Positions 20,217 through 30,316 of a stretch of DNA of 64,000 bases are shown here, one piece after another. This DNA is from an uncultured Candidatus Actinomarina sp. (GTDB lineage: Bacteria; Actinomycetota; Acidimicrobiia; Actinomarinales; Actinomarinaceae), in contig CACKZW010000003.1 of NCBI GenBank assembly GCA_902604835.1, positions 408 to 64,407 on the forward strand. Reading direction: 5' to 3'. A program made the translations under genes and the position numbers. Position 1 is the stretch's first letter. Each line of letters starts with the position of its first letter. The notes below the pieces were generated by a model. That model did no database searches, was not told where the DNA came from, and saw nothing but the letters and a program-made list of their open reading frames with translations.

Positions 20217-22493
20217 ATGTCCGTAACAAATGTCACATGTAATATTGGTGATAAAGAAATAAAATTTGAAACAGGTAAATTAGCACTTCAGGCACCTGGT
20301 TCAGTAGTTGTAACATCTGGAGATACAAATGTTTTAGTAACAACTGTTGCTAATACGTCGGTTAGAGAAGGCATTGATTTCTTTCCTTTAACTGTCGACG
20401 TTGAAGAAAGAATGTATGCAGCAGGTAAAATACCTGGAGGATTTTTCAGAAGAGAAGGAAGACAAACTGAGAAAGCTATACTAGCTTGTCGATTAATAGA
20501 TAGACCTTTGCGTCCTTCTTTTGCAGATGGTTTTAGATGTGAAACTCAAATTATTGCAACTGTATTGAGCGTTGATAATGAAAATGAATATGATGTGTTA
20601 TCACTGAACGCTGCATCTCTCGGACTTCAGTTGGCAGGCATACCACTAGAATCTCCTGTTGGAGCTGTAAGAATGTCTTTAATTAATGACGAATGGGTCG
20701 TTCAAGCTACAAATACTGAACAAGAAGAATCAATATTTGAAATGGTCATCGCTGGAAAGCTTAATGAAAAAAATGAGATTGACATAGTTATGGTTGAAGC
20801 GGGCGCAAAAGAAAACACTTTTGAAAAAATTGATTCAGGTAGTGTTGCTCCTTCTGAAGACATTGTTGCAGACGGGATAGATTTATCTAAAGAATATATC
20901 CAAGCCTTAATAAATGCTCAAAAAGAATTAGTTTCTATGAATGATGTACCTTCTGTAGATTGGCCAATTATTGAAGATTATTCGGACGAATTAAAATCAA
21001 AAATTGAAGCAAGTTGTAAAGAGGAATTAAATGAAATTTCATCCATTACTGAAAGATCTGAAAGAAGTAGTCGACAAAATGAATTACAAGAAAAAGTTGT
21101 AGAAGAGTTTATAGATGAAGAAGAAGATAACTCGAAAGCAATCAAGTTAGCCTTTAAATCAATATTTAAAGAATTGGTAAGAGACCGAGTAGTTAGTGGT
21201 GGTCCAAGACTTGATGGAAGATCACCAACAGACATTAGAGATATATCTTCCGAGATTAATTTACTTCCAATGGTCCATGGTTCATCCTTATTTCTAAGAG
21301 GAGAAACACAAGTATTGAATGTAACAACTTTAGGTATGTCAAGACTTGAACAAATGCTAGACACCATAGATACTGTTACTTCAAAGAGATATATGCATCA
21401 CTATAATTTTCCACCATATTCAACTGGTGAAGCTTACATGATGAGAGGTCCAAAAAGAAGAGAAATTGGTCATGGAGCGTTAGCTGAAAAAGCAATGCTT
21501 CCTGTAATTCCTCCAAAAGCTGATTTTCCTTACACTATAAGAGTTGTTAGTGAAGCAATATCATCTAATGGATCAACATCCCAAGCCTCAGTCTGTGCAT
21601 CTAGTCTTTCTTTGATGTCAGCAGGAGTCCCAATAAGAGAACATGTATCTGGGATAGCAATGGGTTTAATTTCTAAAAATAGTGAATTTGTAACACTTAC
21701 AGATATCTTAGGTGCGGAAGATGCATTGGGAGATATGGACTTTAAAGTTGCAGGAACAAGGGGAGTGATTACTGCTCTTCAATTAGATATGAAAATTGAG
21801 GGCTTGCCGTCAGATATTTTAAGAAAAGCTTTGGAACAAGCAAAAGATGCAAGACATCATATCTTAGACATAATGGAAGATACCATTTCAGAACCAGCTG
21901 ATTCATTATCAGGCAATGCACCAAGGTTAGAGTCAATAGAATTACCAAAAGATAAAATTGGTGAAGTTATTGGACCTAAAGGTAAAAATATTAGAAAGAT
22001 TGAAGAAGAAACTGGAGCTAGCGTAGAAATTGATGATGATGGAATTCTTACTTTAGGCTCTACTGAACAGGAATCTTTAGATACTGCTAAAGAAATGGTA
22101 ATGGCAATTATTGATCCAGAAGAGCCAGAATTAAATCAAGAATATGAAGGTGAAGTTGTAAGTCTTGCTAAATATGGAGCTTTCATCAATATACTTCCTG
22201 GTAGAGATGGATTAATGCATATTTCTAAATTTCATTCTGAATTACGAGTGAATAACCCTGAAAAAATCTTAAATGTTGGGGATAAAATCATGGTCGTAGT
22301 TGATTCAATTGAGAATGGTAAAGTTGGCCTTACACCAGTAAATGATTTAGAAATTCCAGAAGATGCGATTGAAAAAAGACAATCTAGTAATAAAGACAGA
22401 AATTCAAGATCATCAAAACCAAAAGATAACAAAAATGGTAGCAAAAACCGTAAAAGAGTATCTTTTGAGGATGACTTTGAAAAAGGTATCTAG
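20217..22493 (+). CDS. pnp: polyribonucleotide nucleotidyltransferase (PNPase)
   Basis: Two RNase PH domains (FFRREGR; DGRSPTDIR; MDFKVAGT), a KH domain (IGPKGKNIRKIEEETG), an S1 domain, and a basic C-terminal tail. Confidence 0.95.
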   Translation: MSVTNVTCNIGDKEIKFETGKLALQAPGSVVVTSGDTNVLVTTVANTSVREGIDFFPLTVDVEERMYAAGKIPGGFFRREGRQTEKAILACRLIDRPLRPSFADGFRCETQIIATVLSVDNENEYDVLSLNAASLGLQLAGIPLESPVGAVRMSLINDEWVVQATNTEQEESIFEMVIAGKLNEKNEIDIVMVEAGAKENTFEKIDSGSVAPSEDIVADGIDLSKEYIQALINAQKELVSMNDVPSVDWPIIEDYSDELKSKIEASCKEELNEISSITERSERSSRQNELQEKVVEEFIDEEEDNSKAIKLAFKSIFKELVRDRVVSGGPRLDGRSPTDIRDISSEINLLPMVHGSSLFLRGETQVLNVTTLGMSRLEQMLDTIDTVTSKRYMHHYNFPPYSTGEAYMMRGPKRREIGHGALAEKAMLPVIPPKADFPYTIRVVSEAISSNGSTSQASVCASSLSLMSAGVPIREHVSGIAMGLISKNSEFVTLTDILGAEDALGDMDFKVAGTRGVITALQLDMKIEGLPSDILRKALEQAKDARHHILDIMEDTISEPADSLSGNAPRLESIELPKDKIGEVIGPKGKNIRKIEEETGASVEIDDDGILTLGSTEQESLDTAKEMVMAIIDPEEPELNQEYEGEVVSLAKYGAFINILPGRDGLMHISKFHSELRVNNPEKILNVGDKIMVVVDSIENGKVGLTPVNDLEIPEDAIEKRQSSNKDRNSRSSKPKDNKNGSKNRKRVSFEDDFEKGI

Positions 22494-23009
22494 TTATTTA
22501 CGATTTCCGGTTAGTTTTGTAGGATTTGTCGATTCAGTAGTTACATAAGCATCTGGATTAATTTCGGAAACAATTTTAAGAACATTTCTTACTTTTTTAC
22601 GTGGCGCAACGCACCAAGCTATGCTGACTTCACCTTCCATACCTTCACCATTTATTAAAGTAACTCCAAAACCGTTATTCCTTAATTCAGTCGCAACTTT
22701 TTGGCTGTCGGCATCTTTAGGTGAAAAAATTCTAACAACAACATCACCTATTGCAATACTGGACTCAATATAAGAACCAACGATAGTGCCTGCTGCAAAA
22801 CCAAGTGCGTAACCTATTGCTAAAAATGGATCATTTAAATCTCTAATTACTTGTGAAATAGCAATTATCCAAATACCAGATTCAATAAAACCTAATAGTG
22901 CACCAAAAAGTGGTTTTCCTTTATTCACATAAAGAGTTCTTAAAGTCCCCAAAGATTGGTCAATTAATCGTAAGATGAATATGTAGCCTGCGGCTAAAAG
23001 TAATTCCAT
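22494..23009 (-). CDS. UPF0316 / DUF2179-domain membrane protein
   Basis: An N-terminal 3-TM region followed by a DUF2179-like C-terminus (GFGVTLINGEGMEG...). It resembles Bacillus UPF0316 proteins from memory. Confidence 0.65.
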   Translation of the reverse strand: MELLLAAGYIFILRLIDQSLGTLRTLYVNKGKPLFGALLGFIESGIWIIAISQVIRDLNDPFLAIGYALGFAAGTIVGSYIESSIAIGDVVVRIFSPKDADSQKVATELRNNGFGVTLINGEGMEGEVSIAWCVAPRKKVRNVLKIVSEINPDAYVTTESTNPTKLTGNRK

Positions 23010-23011
23010 TA

Positions 23012-23746
23012 TTAACTTTTGAGCTTTAAAGTCATCTCGTCATATACATTTTTCATTTTATGATGAGTGTCTTTTACAAGTTGTTCAATACTCTCTTTGT
23101 TGTACTTTGACATATCTATTGGTTCTAGTGTTTTTATCATTGCTTTACCACTTTTCATAAACTTGCTTCCTCTTGGCCAGATATCTCCAGTACCAGCAAT
23201 TACAACTGGCAATATGCGAACATTATTTTGTTGAGCAATATGAAACGCACCATTTTTAAATTCTTTAAATTCATTTTTATCAACACGTGTTCCTTGAGGA
23301 TAGACCATTAGCGACCATCCATTTTTGAATAAATTTTTTGCTTGTTCGTTTATAGATTCACGATCATTTGGGTTGTCTCTATCGACTTTTATAAAATTAA
23401 AAGATTTTGCTGCCGTTCTAAAAACGGGTAGTTTATACACTTCTTTTTTTGCCATGAATGCCCATTTAATTTTTAAAAGTTTAAAAAGAATCAAAGAATC
23501 AATATTTGATAAATGATTTGAGATAACGACAAAAGACTCATTATTTTTATATTCAACTGCTTTTGTAAATGTAGTTTTTGCACGTGCAGCCCACAACCAT
23601 GGATTTACCCAAGATTGGGCTATATAATATTTTAATTTTCCGTATTTATTGAATAGACCAACAAACCAAATTGCATAAGTTACAGGGATTGTGTAGAGAG
23701 CCATAATAAACAAATTGAACCAGCTTAATACTTTATTCTTGAGCAT
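23012..23746 (-). CDS. 1-acyl-sn-glycerol-3-phosphate acyltransferase family (PlsC-like)
   Basis: An N-terminal TM segment, the acyltransferase block NHLSNIDS (HX4D variant), and the PQGTR block. Confidence 0.75.
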   Translation of the reverse strand: MLKNKVLSWFNLFIMALYTIPVTYAIWFVGLFNKYGKLKYYIAQSWVNPWLWAARAKTTFTKAVEYKNNESFVVISNHLSNIDSLILFKLLKIKWAFMAKKEVYKLPVFRTAAKSFNFIKVDRDNPNDRESINEQAKNLFKNGWSLMVYPQGTRVDKNEFKEFKNGAFHIAQQNNVRILPVVIAGTGDIWPRGSKFMKSGKAMIKTLEPIDMSKYNKESIEQLVKDTHHKMKNVYDEMTLKLKS

Positions 23747-23778
23747 GGCCTAATAATACAGTGATATGATATTCATAA

Positions 23779-24294
23779 GTGAAAATGATTGAAAAAAATA
23801 AATTAAGAAGTAACTTAAAAAATTTAGATTATAAGGATTTTGCTCTCTCAGAAATTAATATCAAATTTTTAAATACATTAATTCATCAAAAAAAAGTTTG
23901 TACATACATCCCAAATAAAATGGAGATAAATATAAATAAATACTTAGTCAATTTTTTAGAACTTCAAACAACTTATTTAGATGACGAGATGCTTAATATT
24001 TGTTTATTGAACGAACCGTTTGTAGAAAATAAATACAAAATTGCTGAACCAGCAATAAAGATACCCGTCACAGATACTCAAGTATTTCTAATTCCAGGTT
24101 TAGGATTTACCAAAGAAGGTATCCGATTAGGAAGAGGTAAAGGTCTCTATGATAAGCTATTGTCAAAATATTCTACAGCTTTAAAAATTGGGATATGTGC
24201 AAATAAAAACTTATTAGATGAGATACCAATGGAAGAACATGATATATTGATGGATTATGTTTTGACAGAGAACGAAAATTTCAAAATACATTAA
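23779..24294 (+). CDS. 5-formyltetrahydrofolate cyclo-ligase family protein
   Basis: LIPGLGFTKEGIRLGRGKGLYDKLL and EHDILMDYVLTE motifs, typical of MTHFS. Confidence 0.75.
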   Translation: MKMIEKNKLRSNLKNLDYKDFALSEINIKFLNTLIHQKKVCTYIPNKMEININKYLVNFLELQTTYLDDEMLNICLLNEPFVENKYKIAEPAIKIPVTDTQVFLIPGLGFTKEGIRLGRGKGLYDKLLSKYSTALKIGICANKNLLDEIPMEEHDILMDYVLTENENFKIH

Positions 24295-24306
24295 AATTAA
24301 ATAATT

Positions 24307-25347
24307 ATGGATGTAAGCATTAATGTTGGATACTTTGGTCCACATATATCAGATGATAAAGATTTATTTAAAAAACTCGATGACATAGGTGTCTCTTGTG
24401 TGTGGACTGCAGAGGCATATGGTTATGATGCTGTAACACCACTTGCATATTTTTCAGCCTTAACAAACAATATGAATATTGGATCTGGAATAATGCAAAT
24501 ACCTGCTCGTACTCCAGCCATGACTGCCATGACCGCTGTTACGCTTGATCAGATGTCAAAAGGAAGATTTAGGTTAGGACTTGGTGTTTCTGGGCCCCAG
24601 GTAGTTGAGGGTTGGCATGGCGTACCATATGGTAAACCACTTGCAAAAACAAGAGAATATGTAGAACTAGTAAGAAACATTATCAAAAGAGAAGGAAAAG
24701 TTGAGCACAATGGTGAATATTACGAACTACCTCTGTCCGGAGAAAATACTACTGGTCTTGGAAAGCCATTAAAGCTTATTGATCAACCTTTAAGAGATGA
24801 GATACCAATTTATCTAGCAGCAGTAGGTCTTAAAAATGTTGAAATGACTGCAGAAATTGCCGAAGGGTGGTTACCTTTTATGTACTCTCCTCTTAAAGGC
24901 GAAGAGATTTACAAAGATTCACTAACAAATGGATTTAAAAAATCGGGAGTATCAGACAAAAAAGATAAATTTGAAATTGTAACAACTGTAATTGGTCGCG
25001 TATGTGATGAAGAAGAGGTTGATGAATATTTATATCCAGCAAGAAATGTTTACACGCTTTATGTTGGAGGCATGGGCGCAAAATCCAAAAATTTCTATTA
25101 CAACCTTTTTTGTGAATACGGATATGAGGATATTGCCGATGAATTACAAAATCTCTATTTAAGTGGTAATAAAAAAGAATCAGAGAAAATGTTTCCAAAA
25201 GAATTACTAGAGGAACTTACATTAGTTGGCACAAAAAAAGATATTGAAAAAAAAGTAGAAATGTGGAAAGAAAGTAACGTAACTGAAATTTCTTTATCAC
25301 TTCCTATTGATTTTGAAACTGTTAAATTTATAAAAGAATTACTTTGA
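24307..25347 (+). CDS. LLM-class (luciferase-like) F420-dependent oxidoreductase
   Basis: The pattern VWTAEAYGYDAVTPLAYF...GSGIMQIPARTPAMTAMTA..LDQMSKGRFRLGLGVSGPQVVEGWHG is typical of actinobacterial LLM F420 enzymes. Confidence 0.8.
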   Translation: MDVSINVGYFGPHISDDKDLFKKLDDIGVSCVWTAEAYGYDAVTPLAYFSALTNNMNIGSGIMQIPARTPAMTAMTAVTLDQMSKGRFRLGLGVSGPQVVEGWHGVPYGKPLAKTREYVELVRNIIKREGKVEHNGEYYELPLSGENTTGLGKPLKLIDQPLRDEIPIYLAAVGLKNVEMTAEIAEGWLPFMYSPLKGEEIYKDSLTNGFKKSGVSDKKDKFEIVTTVIGRVCDEEEVDEYLYPARNVYTLYVGGMGAKSKNFYYNLFCEYGYEDIADELQNLYLSGNKKESEKMFPKELLEELTLVGTKKDIEKKVEMWKESNVTEISLSLPIDFETVKFIKELL

Positions 25348-26687
25348 AAATTCTTTTAACTTCTTTTTATGATTTAGGCAAACAGCCAAAAATTATTGCA
25401 GAGATTGCCGATAGATACATTAACACTGAAGTGCATTTTGATTTTGTTGATTTTTCAGTAGATAATCAAAATATAGATTTAGATACTTATGATGTGCTTG
25501 GAATTTATGCACCAATGCATACAGCAACAATCCTTTCAATTGAATATATTAAAGATAAAAAACTGCCCGATAAAGTATTTACATTTGGATTGTACGGATC
25601 TGTTCTTGAAGATTTCAATCCTTTAATAAAATATATCAAAGATATTGAAAGTGAGGAACTTTCTTCTTTTTTAAAACTTAATGAAAACCAAAAATTTTCA
25701 TTAAAAGACAATATACCTAATAGACAAATATTTCCCGATATCTCAAATTACGCACATTTAGTAGATGGTTCAAATAATCTTATTGCTGGATCAGTAGAAA
25801 CTACTTACGGTTGCAAGCATTCGTGTACTCATTGTCCTGTCCCGATCTCTTTTAATGGAAGTTTTAAAACGTATTCTTTAGAAAAAATAGTCAATGATGT
25901 TCAAAATCAGGTGAATCAAGGTGCAGAACATATATCATTTAATGATCCAGATTTTTTTAATGGCCCAATTCACGCATTGAAAATTCTTGAGGCATTAAAC
26001 CACAAATTTCCACAAATAACCTATGATTCAACAATAAAAGTAGAACATATTATAAAATATCAAAAATATTTTAAAGAACTAGCGTCTTTGAATATGGCTT
26101 TTGTGATTTCTGCATTCGAAACAACTAATGACAAAGTTTTAACAATTCTTGAAAAAAACCATACAAGCAATGATTTAAATAATTCAATAGAGATTTCAAA
26201 GGAATTTGGTATTGATATACGACCAACATGGATGCCTTTTTCACCATGGACAGAATTAGAAGATTTATCAAATATTGTAGAATTAATCGAAGGTTATCAA
26301 TTACGTGAGACTGTAGATCCAATTCAATTAACTATAAAATTGTTAATACCTAAACACTCCCTCATAATTAAAAGACCTGAAATAAAAAAATATTTAGGTG
26401 ATTATGAAAAAGAATCATTAAGTTTTCAATGGCAATATGAAAATATTCATGCTGAAAAATTACAATTTACCCTTTTTGATTTTATTTTGAATAATTCAGA
26501 ATTAGATGAGCATAAACAATATCTAGGGATGGTAAGTATTATTGAAGAATTTACACGTACAAAATTAATAACAAATACAAACTATGACTTTAAGAAAGTG
26601 CCTAAGTTATCGGAAACATGGTTTTGTTGCGCAGAACCCAGTAAAATTCAACTCGATAGAATTAAAACAAATAAGGCATTGATATGA
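25344..26687 (+). CDS. radical SAM protein with a C-terminal CCAEP motif (CUAEP/CCAEP-tail family, from memory)
   Basis: CX3CX2C cluster motif YGCKHSCTHCP. The C-terminal region is ...ETWFCCAEPSKIQL. It overlaps both neighbours by 4 nt. Confidence 0.8.
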   Translation: MKILLTSFYDLGKQPKIIAEIADRYINTEVHFDFVDFSVDNQNIDLDTYDVLGIYAPMHTATILSIEYIKDKKLPDKVFTFGLYGSVLEDFNPLIKYIKDIESEELSSFLKLNENQKFSLKDNIPNRQIFPDISNYAHLVDGSNNLIAGSVETTYGCKHSCTHCPVPISFNGSFKTYSLEKIVNDVQNQVNQGAEHISFNDPDFFNGPIHALKILEALNHKFPQITYDSTIKVEHIIKYQKYFKELASLNMAFVISAFETTNDKVLTILEKNHTSNDLNNSIEISKEFGIDIRPTWMPFSPWTELEDLSNIVELIEGYQLRETVDPIQLTIKLLIPKHSLIIKRPEIKKYLGDYEKESLSFQWQYENIHAEKLQFTLFDFILNNSELDEHKQYLGMVSIIEEFTRTKLITNTNYDFKKVPKLSETWFCCAEPSKIQLDRIKTNKALI

Positions 26688-27190
26688 CAGAAATTTCAAG
26701 TGAGGAGATAAATGTTTCAACATGGAAAATTCCAAGTCCATTAGGTATTATCGGTAGTCATTCTGAGGGGCAATTCAATGGAATGACAGCTAGTTGGATA
26801 ACACAAGTTAGCATGGAGCCAGCGCTAATCGGTGTTGGAATAGATAATAAAAGTGTTACTTTTAACCTAATGAACAGCAGTGATTATTTTTCATTAAATA
26901 TGTTCTCTCCTGATTACACTAAAGTTTTTGTAAAATTTTCAAAACCAGCTGAATATACAGAAGGTTTTTTGAATAAGGAGCCGATTACATTAACAGATAA
27001 CTATATTCCAATTTTTGATAATGCGACAGTATGGTTTGAATTAAAAACTACTCAAAAAATAAATTTAGGAACTCATACCTTTTTTATTGGGGAAATTATT
27101 GATTGTAAGACTCTTAATCCTGATGAGCGAGTTGCATATATGGGTGATACTCGAATGAAATATGGCGGAGTCCCTAGAGGTGGACACTAG
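26684..27190 (+). CDS. flavin reductase family protein (FMN-binding split barrel)
   Basis: NGMTASWITQVSMEPALIGVGID and HTFFIGEII are typical of the flavin reductase-like domain. ATGA overlap with the radical SAM gene. Confidence 0.75.
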   Translation: MTEISSEEINVSTWKIPSPLGIIGSHSEGQFNGMTASWITQVSMEPALIGVGIDNKSVTFNLMNSSDYFSLNMFSPDYTKVFVKFSKPAEYTEGFLNKEPITLTDNYIPIFDNATVWFELKTTQKINLGTHTFFIGEIIDCKTLNPDERVAYMGDTRMKYGGVPRGGH

Positions 27191-27266
27191 TTTACAATAT
27201 ATTAACAAACTCAATGTCTTATATTTAACAACAAACTTTATAATTAACTATCTTCGAAAGGATTAA

Positions 27267-27803
27267 ATGAAATTAAAAAAAGGCGACAAGATTGAAGAGA
27301 TAACATTACCTTCAATTGATGGTACAACTTTCAACTTTGAGGCAATAAAAGGAAAAAAAGCTATGGTATCTTTCTATCGTTATTCTTCTTGTCCATTTTG
27401 TCACTTACGAATAAATGAGATTATAAATAAAAAAAATGAATTTGGTGATAATTTTGTTCCGATAGCAATATTTGATTGTGATTTTGATGATTTAGTTAAG
27501 AATTCGAAAAAACATGACGGGAATATCACAATTTTATGTGACGATGACCGTGTTTATTTTGACAAATATGAGGTACAAAATAGTTTTTTTAGATTTTTAT
27601 TTGGTATAACAATTAGAGTAGATCGTTTTTTTCGAGCCCTTTCCAAGGGGTACAATCCTGCATCAAATATGAGTGGTGCTTTTTTAGGATTACCAGCAGA
27701 TATTTTAATAGATGAAAATGGTGTTGTAGAAAAAGCATTATACGGTGCTCATACTGCAAATCACATACCAATGAAAGAGGTAATTGAGTTCTCAAATAGT
27801 TAA
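27267..27803 (+). CDS. AhpC/TSA-type peroxiredoxin-like (thioredoxin-fold) protein
   Basis: KAMVSFYRYSSCPFCHLRINE redox motif. The size and layout fit the peroxiredoxin-like family. Confidence 0.65.
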   Translation: MKLKKGDKIEEITLPSIDGTTFNFEAIKGKKAMVSFYRYSSCPFCHLRINEIINKKNEFGDNFVPIAIFDCDFDDLVKNSKKHDGNITILCDDDRVYFDKYEVQNSFFRFLFGITIRVDRFFRALSKGYNPASNMSGAFLGLPADILIDENGVVEKALYGAHTANHIPMKEVIEFSNS

Positions 27804-27814
27804 TATATAAATTA

Positions 27815-29332
27815 TTGAGAAAACAAAATTTAGAATTTAAGTTCACAGATCTTGAGCGGGTTTATAACGTTAATGAGAAAAATAATACATCTCTCTTAAT
27901 TGATATTAAGTCTAGTAACGAAGATCCATATTCCTTATCACCTGCTTTTGAATCAGTGATTGAACGTTATTGTTGGGTACCAAAGAATAATAGTGATGTA
28001 TTAAGTCTTGATTTATCAGTCCAAAAAGATACAAAAATCTATTTAAATAATAAACTTGCTGACTCAAGCAAAATCAAAATATCTGCGAAAGACGGTCCCC
28101 AAGAATATAATTTTATATTTCGCAAAGATGACCAGATTGCAAAATATTCTCTAGTTTGTTTACCCGTAAATTTTCCCCCCTTAAATATCAATATAACTAA
28201 TTCATCCATGGTTGAAGATGGCAATATATTCACTAGTGTCTTCATCGTTCCTAAAATTGTGCATTGGCCTCTAATTATCAGAGATGTAATTAAATATTTT
28301 CCAGAATTAAAGAAATACTATATTAAATATCTTTATCAGAATATAAGAACAAGAATAAATATTCCAAAAATAGTAAAACATCAAACTGAAAAGAAACTCA
28401 CTAAATCCAGAAAATATCTTCCTTACGTCATGATGCTAGATAAGTTCGGTGTTCCAATATGGTACAAGATGGCAGGTATAGGTTTTTCAGCATTTCGTCC
28501 ATACAAAAATGGATATTATTACGGAGCAGTAAGCAACTACCCACAATTTGCTATAGGTTTAGGAAAAACTGTTCTATTAGATCAAGATTTCAATATAGAA
28601 AGTTTTAAACAAATTATGGAGAAAGATATTTATACAGAACTTCATGAATTTCAGTATTTAGATGATGATACAGTAATCCAAATAGGATCAAAGACTCATA
28701 AATTTCAAAATCAAAAAGTAGAAAGTGGGATAATCTCAATCGAAAATGAACAGAAGGGTACTAAATTTTTATGGGACTCTATTGATCATGTTTCCCCCGA
28801 ATTTTCAAAAGTTCCAACCAAAGAGTGGGGGATGAATACTAATGATTATTTTCACATGAACGCTGTAAGAATTCTTAAAGATGGCAACTACTTAGCTTCT
28901 GCTCGTCATACACAAACAATAATGAAAATTGATAAAACATCAGGAAAAATTTTGTGGCATATGGGAAAAGGAAAATTAAATAATTTTAAATTTGTTAATG
29001 ACCCCTATGATGGTTTTTCTCATCAACATGCTCCAGAAGAACTTGAAAATGGAAATATACTGATTTGGGATAATGGTATTGATTCGATAAAAGATGGATC
29101 AAGAGTCGTTGAATATAAAATTGACGAAATTAGTTATACTGCGACACTTGTTTGGTCAAAAGAATTCAAAAATCTACAAGCCAATGTTGCTGGAAATTGT
29201 CACAAGATAGGTCAAAATAGTTATATAGCTGCATTTGGATCTCAGGGATATATTGAAGAATTTAATAAAGACGGGACAAAGGTTTTATCTATTGACCCAG
29301 GTGGATTGATCTACCAAGTTAGAAAATCTTAA
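27815..29332 (+). CDS. arylsulfotransferase (ASST)-like beta-propeller protein
   Basis: The pattern FHMNAVRILKDGNYLASARHTQTIMKIDKTSGKILWHMG ... FSHQHAPEELENGNILIWDNG resembles the ASST family. TTG start; no obvious signal peptide. Confidence 0.55.
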   Translation: MRKQNLEFKFTDLERVYNVNEKNNTSLLIDIKSSNEDPYSLSPAFESVIERYCWVPKNNSDVLSLDLSVQKDTKIYLNNKLADSSKIKISAKDGPQEYNFIFRKDDQIAKYSLVCLPVNFPPLNINITNSSMVEDGNIFTSVFIVPKIVHWPLIIRDVIKYFPELKKYYIKYLYQNIRTRINIPKIVKHQTEKKLTKSRKYLPYVMMLDKFGVPIWYKMAGIGFSAFRPYKNGYYYGAVSNYPQFAIGLGKTVLLDQDFNIESFKQIMEKDIYTELHEFQYLDDDTVIQIGSKTHKFQNQKVESGIISIENEQKGTKFLWDSIDHVSPEFSKVPTKEWGMNTNDYFHMNAVRILKDGNYLASARHTQTIMKIDKTSGKILWHMGKGKLNNFKFVNDPYDGFSHQHAPEELENGNILIWDNGIDSIKDGSRVVEYKIDEISYTATLVWSKEFKNLQANVAGNCHKIGQNSYIAAFGSQGYIEEFNKDGTKVLSIDPGGLIYQVRKS

Positions 29333-29335
29333 GTT

Positions 29336-30184
29336 TTAATTTCTACTTTTATATACAGCGTAAAATCCAACCAAGATTGAACTTATTAAAAAGTAATTTA
29401 AAGCTACTATCGTTATCACATTTATACCTAACAATGAAGCTACAGCTGCTGCCACAGGAAAATTTTGTAATGTACCTTCAGCAAGTATTCCCATTCTGTC
29501 TTCCTCACTTATTTTCGTTATTTTGGAAATTAAATTAATTCCAATAAAAATAGTTATTAAATTTAAAATTACGAAAATAGATGATGATCTGAAGATATCA
29601 AATATAATGTCTCTTAATTCTATAGGCACTCCAATTGCTATAACTAAGGTAACAACAGTGAAGACTTTTTTAATAGATGTTTGTGAATCTAATGCTTTTT
29701 GTGGAAAGTAGTGTTTTATAGCCATTCCAATAAATACAGGAATAAGGACAAGGTACAGTAGTTGAATTAATAATTCGGTAGAGTTAATTTGTACTTGAAG
29801 ACCAATATCTTCATTGAAAATTGAGGCAATATTTAACCAAAGAGGTATTGTTCCAAATGCTATAAGTTGAGTAATAACTGTAAGAGATGTTGTAAGTGCA
29901 ACATTACCTTTCATCAAAGAAGAATACATTGAAGAAATATGACCTCCAGGTGCACACATAATTACTATTATTCCAATTGAAATTGATTGATTATCTATAA
30001 ATAAACTTGTCACTATTCCAATAATTGGCAAGAAAGTTATTTGTATTAAAAGACCTACAAGTGAGCTTTTTGTATTTACTAATAAATTTTTAAAACTATC
30101 TATGTCTAAATCTGTACCAACACCAATCATCAATAAAGGAATTAAATAGGGTATTAAATCTAAAAAAATGGAATTAATTTCCAT
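29336..30184 (-). CDS. bile acid:sodium symporter (BASS/SBF-like) family transporter
   Basis: A polytopic membrane protein of about 282 aa with an SBF-like layout (MIGVGTDLDIDSF...; CAPGG). Confidence 0.6.
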   Translation of the reverse strand: MEINSIFLDLIPYLIPLLMIGVGTDLDIDSFKNLLVNTKSSLVGLLIQITFLPIIGIVTSLFIDNQSISIGIIVIMCAPGGHISSMYSSLMKGNVALTTSLTVITQLIAFGTIPLWLNIASIFNEDIGLQVQINSTELLIQLLYLVLIPVFIGMAIKHYFPQKALDSQTSIKKVFTVVTLVIAIGVPIELRDIIFDIFRSSSIFVILNLITIFIGINLISKITKISEEDRMGILAEGTLQNFPVAAAVASLLGINVITIVALNYFLISSILVGFYAVYKSRN

Positions 30185-30316
30185 GTCTTTAATTTTATTG
30201 GAAAAATAATGAAAAGTATTAAATGTAAATTTAATTGAAAAATAACAAATTAACTTAATATGTTTCCTTTTATCGCAATGTCTTGAATTTGAAAGTAGAA
30301 TTTACTATAGGTACCA

